From positions 1,488,001 through 1,552,000 of the forward strand of contig NW_027117345.1 in assembly GCF_038025025.1 (NCBI RefSeq): a stretch of 64,000 bases of DNA. The letters are read 5' to 3'. Position numbers and translations under genes: made by a program. The notes beneath the pieces are model-generated. The model was given only the letters and a program-made list of their open reading frames with translations. It searched no databases and was not told the DNA's origin. Positions 61,604 through 64,000 of the stretch are shown in pieces (the first letter of the stretch is position 1; every line of letters starts with the position of its first letter). The DNA comes from Phyllosticta citribraziliensis (lineage: Eukaryota).

Positions 61604-62589
61604 GCGCCGCAAGTCTGCTTCCTCTCCCGCGCAACAACCTCGTCATCTTCTCCCACCACCACCACCCCACAAACACCGGCAAGCAGACTGTACAACTCGT
61701 AGACGGAAGTTCCCTCAGCGGAAAGGCAATCACGGCGTTCAAGGATACATGTTCAGGTTACGATTATTTGCACGTCTTTTCTTTTCTTTCCTTTTCTCTC
61801 CTCCTCACTCTTGTGTACCTACCTAGACCAAGCAAATTGGAAGCTAGAGGGGCACCGAATATCCATTCCATTATTGTCCAGCTCGAGCCACGACGTGCAA
61901 GTCGGTTGACTGAAGCTCTCAACAGTCAATTGCTTGACTTCAACTATAACAACTGATTGAAATGCCTTGGTCATAACTTATGCTATTTACTAACTTGCCT
62001 ACGGTCTACCTACTGGCTACGACGTATAAGCCTAGAGATCTCATCTGCTCATCTTGCTCATCTATCCAAACGTGCACCCCTGCTGCCTCCTTAGGTTGCC
62101 CACGTCGTGGACCAACTGAATTTGTATCCAAAAAGGACTTTGCTTCCAATCATTTCCCGTCATCATCGTCATCGTCATCTTTCTCTACGTCGTCTTCCCA
62201 CATGCTTGCCGCCGCGTATCCATCCATATCAAATCCATCACTCCACCATGCCTTTGTCCGTCTCTGCTATTCCGTCAAGCCCGCCCAACGCTGCGGCATC
62301 TTGTTCGACTTCGTCCGCCAGTGTCCCCTGATCTCGAGACCATTCCACCGCCCCCGTATCTTGCCTCTGAACGCGCCATCCTTTCCGGAATTCAAGAGAG
62401 CCGTTACCTAGATAATCCGCCGCCGAAAGGACAGAAACAAGGTCGGGGAAAAAGCACAAACCAAACAAACAGCATCGCTCGCCGTCGCATCAATCGAGAG
62501 GGACAAACCAAATGCCCGTATCCAATGATCCAATGATCCGCACGCAAGTCGGCCCACCGACTGCCACCCAGACCGCCCTCAAGCAAGCC

Positions 62590-64000
62590 TCAAACGTGCC
62601 TCCCATCCCCACACAGCGCCGTCGCCTCGTCAAAGCCCCAGCGCTCGACCAACGCCCTCGCGTCGCGGCGACTCGGGACAAGGCGGTTGCACCAGGCGCA
62701 CCAGGCGCGATTGTCGCCCTTCTTCTCGCGGCCCAGATACGTGTTGTTGCTCTCGCGCTCGTCCTCGTACTCCTTGACGGCGGCCCCGATGCGCACCATC
62801 TTCTTGACCTTCATGACGCGCCGCCCGCCGATGCCTTCGATCTCTTGCGCGAAGAACGAGTTGCCGCTCCACTCGTCGTGCGGCGTGCCGACGCCGTCGA
62901 GCCCGTTGTGTGCGCTGGTAGCGGCAGCAGCAGCTGCTGCTGATGACGACGCGGTGGCTGCGGGGCCGAAGAGAGGCTGCAGCGGCGTCGACGATGCAGA
63001 GGCCGCCGTGGCGAGTTGGGCCTCGCCCGCCGCGCTGCTGCCGTCGAGCCGGCGCTCCATCTCAGCAATCTCGTCGGGCGTGCCGCAGGCCTCGTGCTCG
63101 ACGTCGCGGCCACCGCGACACGCCTCGCCAAGGCCGCACACGACGCCTTCATGGCCTTCGCCGATGCCGGTGCCGAGGCCGCCGAGGTGGCTGTATTTTG
63201 TCCGCCACGTCCAGCCGAGCTGGTACGTTTGGTCGGCGCTGCGCAGGGCGTGGCCGCATGTTTGGCAGAGCCATACCGTGTCCGGACAGCTGCAGGGCGT
63301 GCGGAGGAAGGCGAGCGTCGTGAATGCGGGTTGGTCGGCCGGGTCCGAGTCCGAGTCCTCTGCGTGCTTGGCTCGGAGGGACCCCGGCGACGGTATATCT
63401 GGCGAGCTCGAGGGGCTGTACGCGGGCGGGGACGAGCCAGGAGTGGTGCTGAGGGTAGAGCTGGAGGAGTAGGGCGACGGGCCGCCAGGCGAAGACCGCG
63501 AGCGGTAGGTGAGGAGGTTGCAGGACGGCGGAGGCGCGGTGATGGACGGCGACAGGACTTCTGCGAGGGGAGCCTTTATGCACGTCTTGCAGAGACGGCG
63601 CAGACGGCCTGGGAGCGCGACGGGAGGCGGAGGTTTGCTGGTACAGTTCTGCGCTTCGGTCAGGTACCCAAATCCACCCAATACCCTCCAAGTACTCACC
63701 CGGCCCGCGCGAGGTGCTCGGCGGGCCAGCTTTTGGTTGTCCAGACTCGATGGTGGTGAGTGAGTCCTCGTCGCTAACTTACCCTACACACAACAACGCT
63801 GCATCGTCTACATTCGCCAACCATGTCCCTCGCACACTTGCCAATCTTGCCGCTGGTAATGCGCTCGCCTAGCCTCCCATCTGCGCCGTTCGGCGCTTGT
63901 CTTGGGTCCGAGCCCGCCGCCGCGCCGGGCAGCTGCTCGCTTGAACATTTCAGCGACTGCGTCACGAGCTGGTTGCGGTACTGGAGCAGGTTGGCGCGGA
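62590..64000 (-). CDS. Conserved fungal Cys-rich hypothetical protein, 5' end outside the window
   Basis: Open frame at the edge (RANLLQYRNQLVTQSLKC...GKIGKCARDMVGECRRCSVVVCR), an intron near 63782-63648, then NCTSK...RLRRLCKTC...WLCQTC...GTGIGEG...QEIEGIGG...RAWCAWCNRLVP. Confidence 0.8.

Overview
Genomic window from an intron-containing filamentous ascomycete (Pezizomycotina; a Eurotiomycete such as a black yeast is only my guess from protein style). It holds about 19 protein-coding genes: a divergent FTR1/FET3 iron-uptake pair with a SreA-type GATA site, SSH4, transportin KAP104, an Upc2-like Zn2Cys6 factor, a conserved hypothetical membrane protein, UCH37, two convergent PTH11/rhodopsin-domain membrane proteins, a QDE-1-like RNA-dependent RNA polymerase, TCTP, SUR2, YSH1, TAF4, two tandem six-cysteine secreted proteins, GUF1, MAD2 and a partial hypothetical gene at the right edge. 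Main observations: (1) the otherwise intact RdRP gene has one in-frame TAG just before the catalytic core, inside a hairpin that resembles a tRNA anticodon loop, so it may be controlled by A-to-I editing or readthrough; (2) YSH1 intron 2 is long, structured and carries a poly(A) signal, suggesting autoregulation; (3) a RIP-scarred small repeat element; (4) two large gene-free gaps between convergent genes, both with nested inverted repeats. All exon boundaries and pairings were read by eye; no database search or folding program was run.
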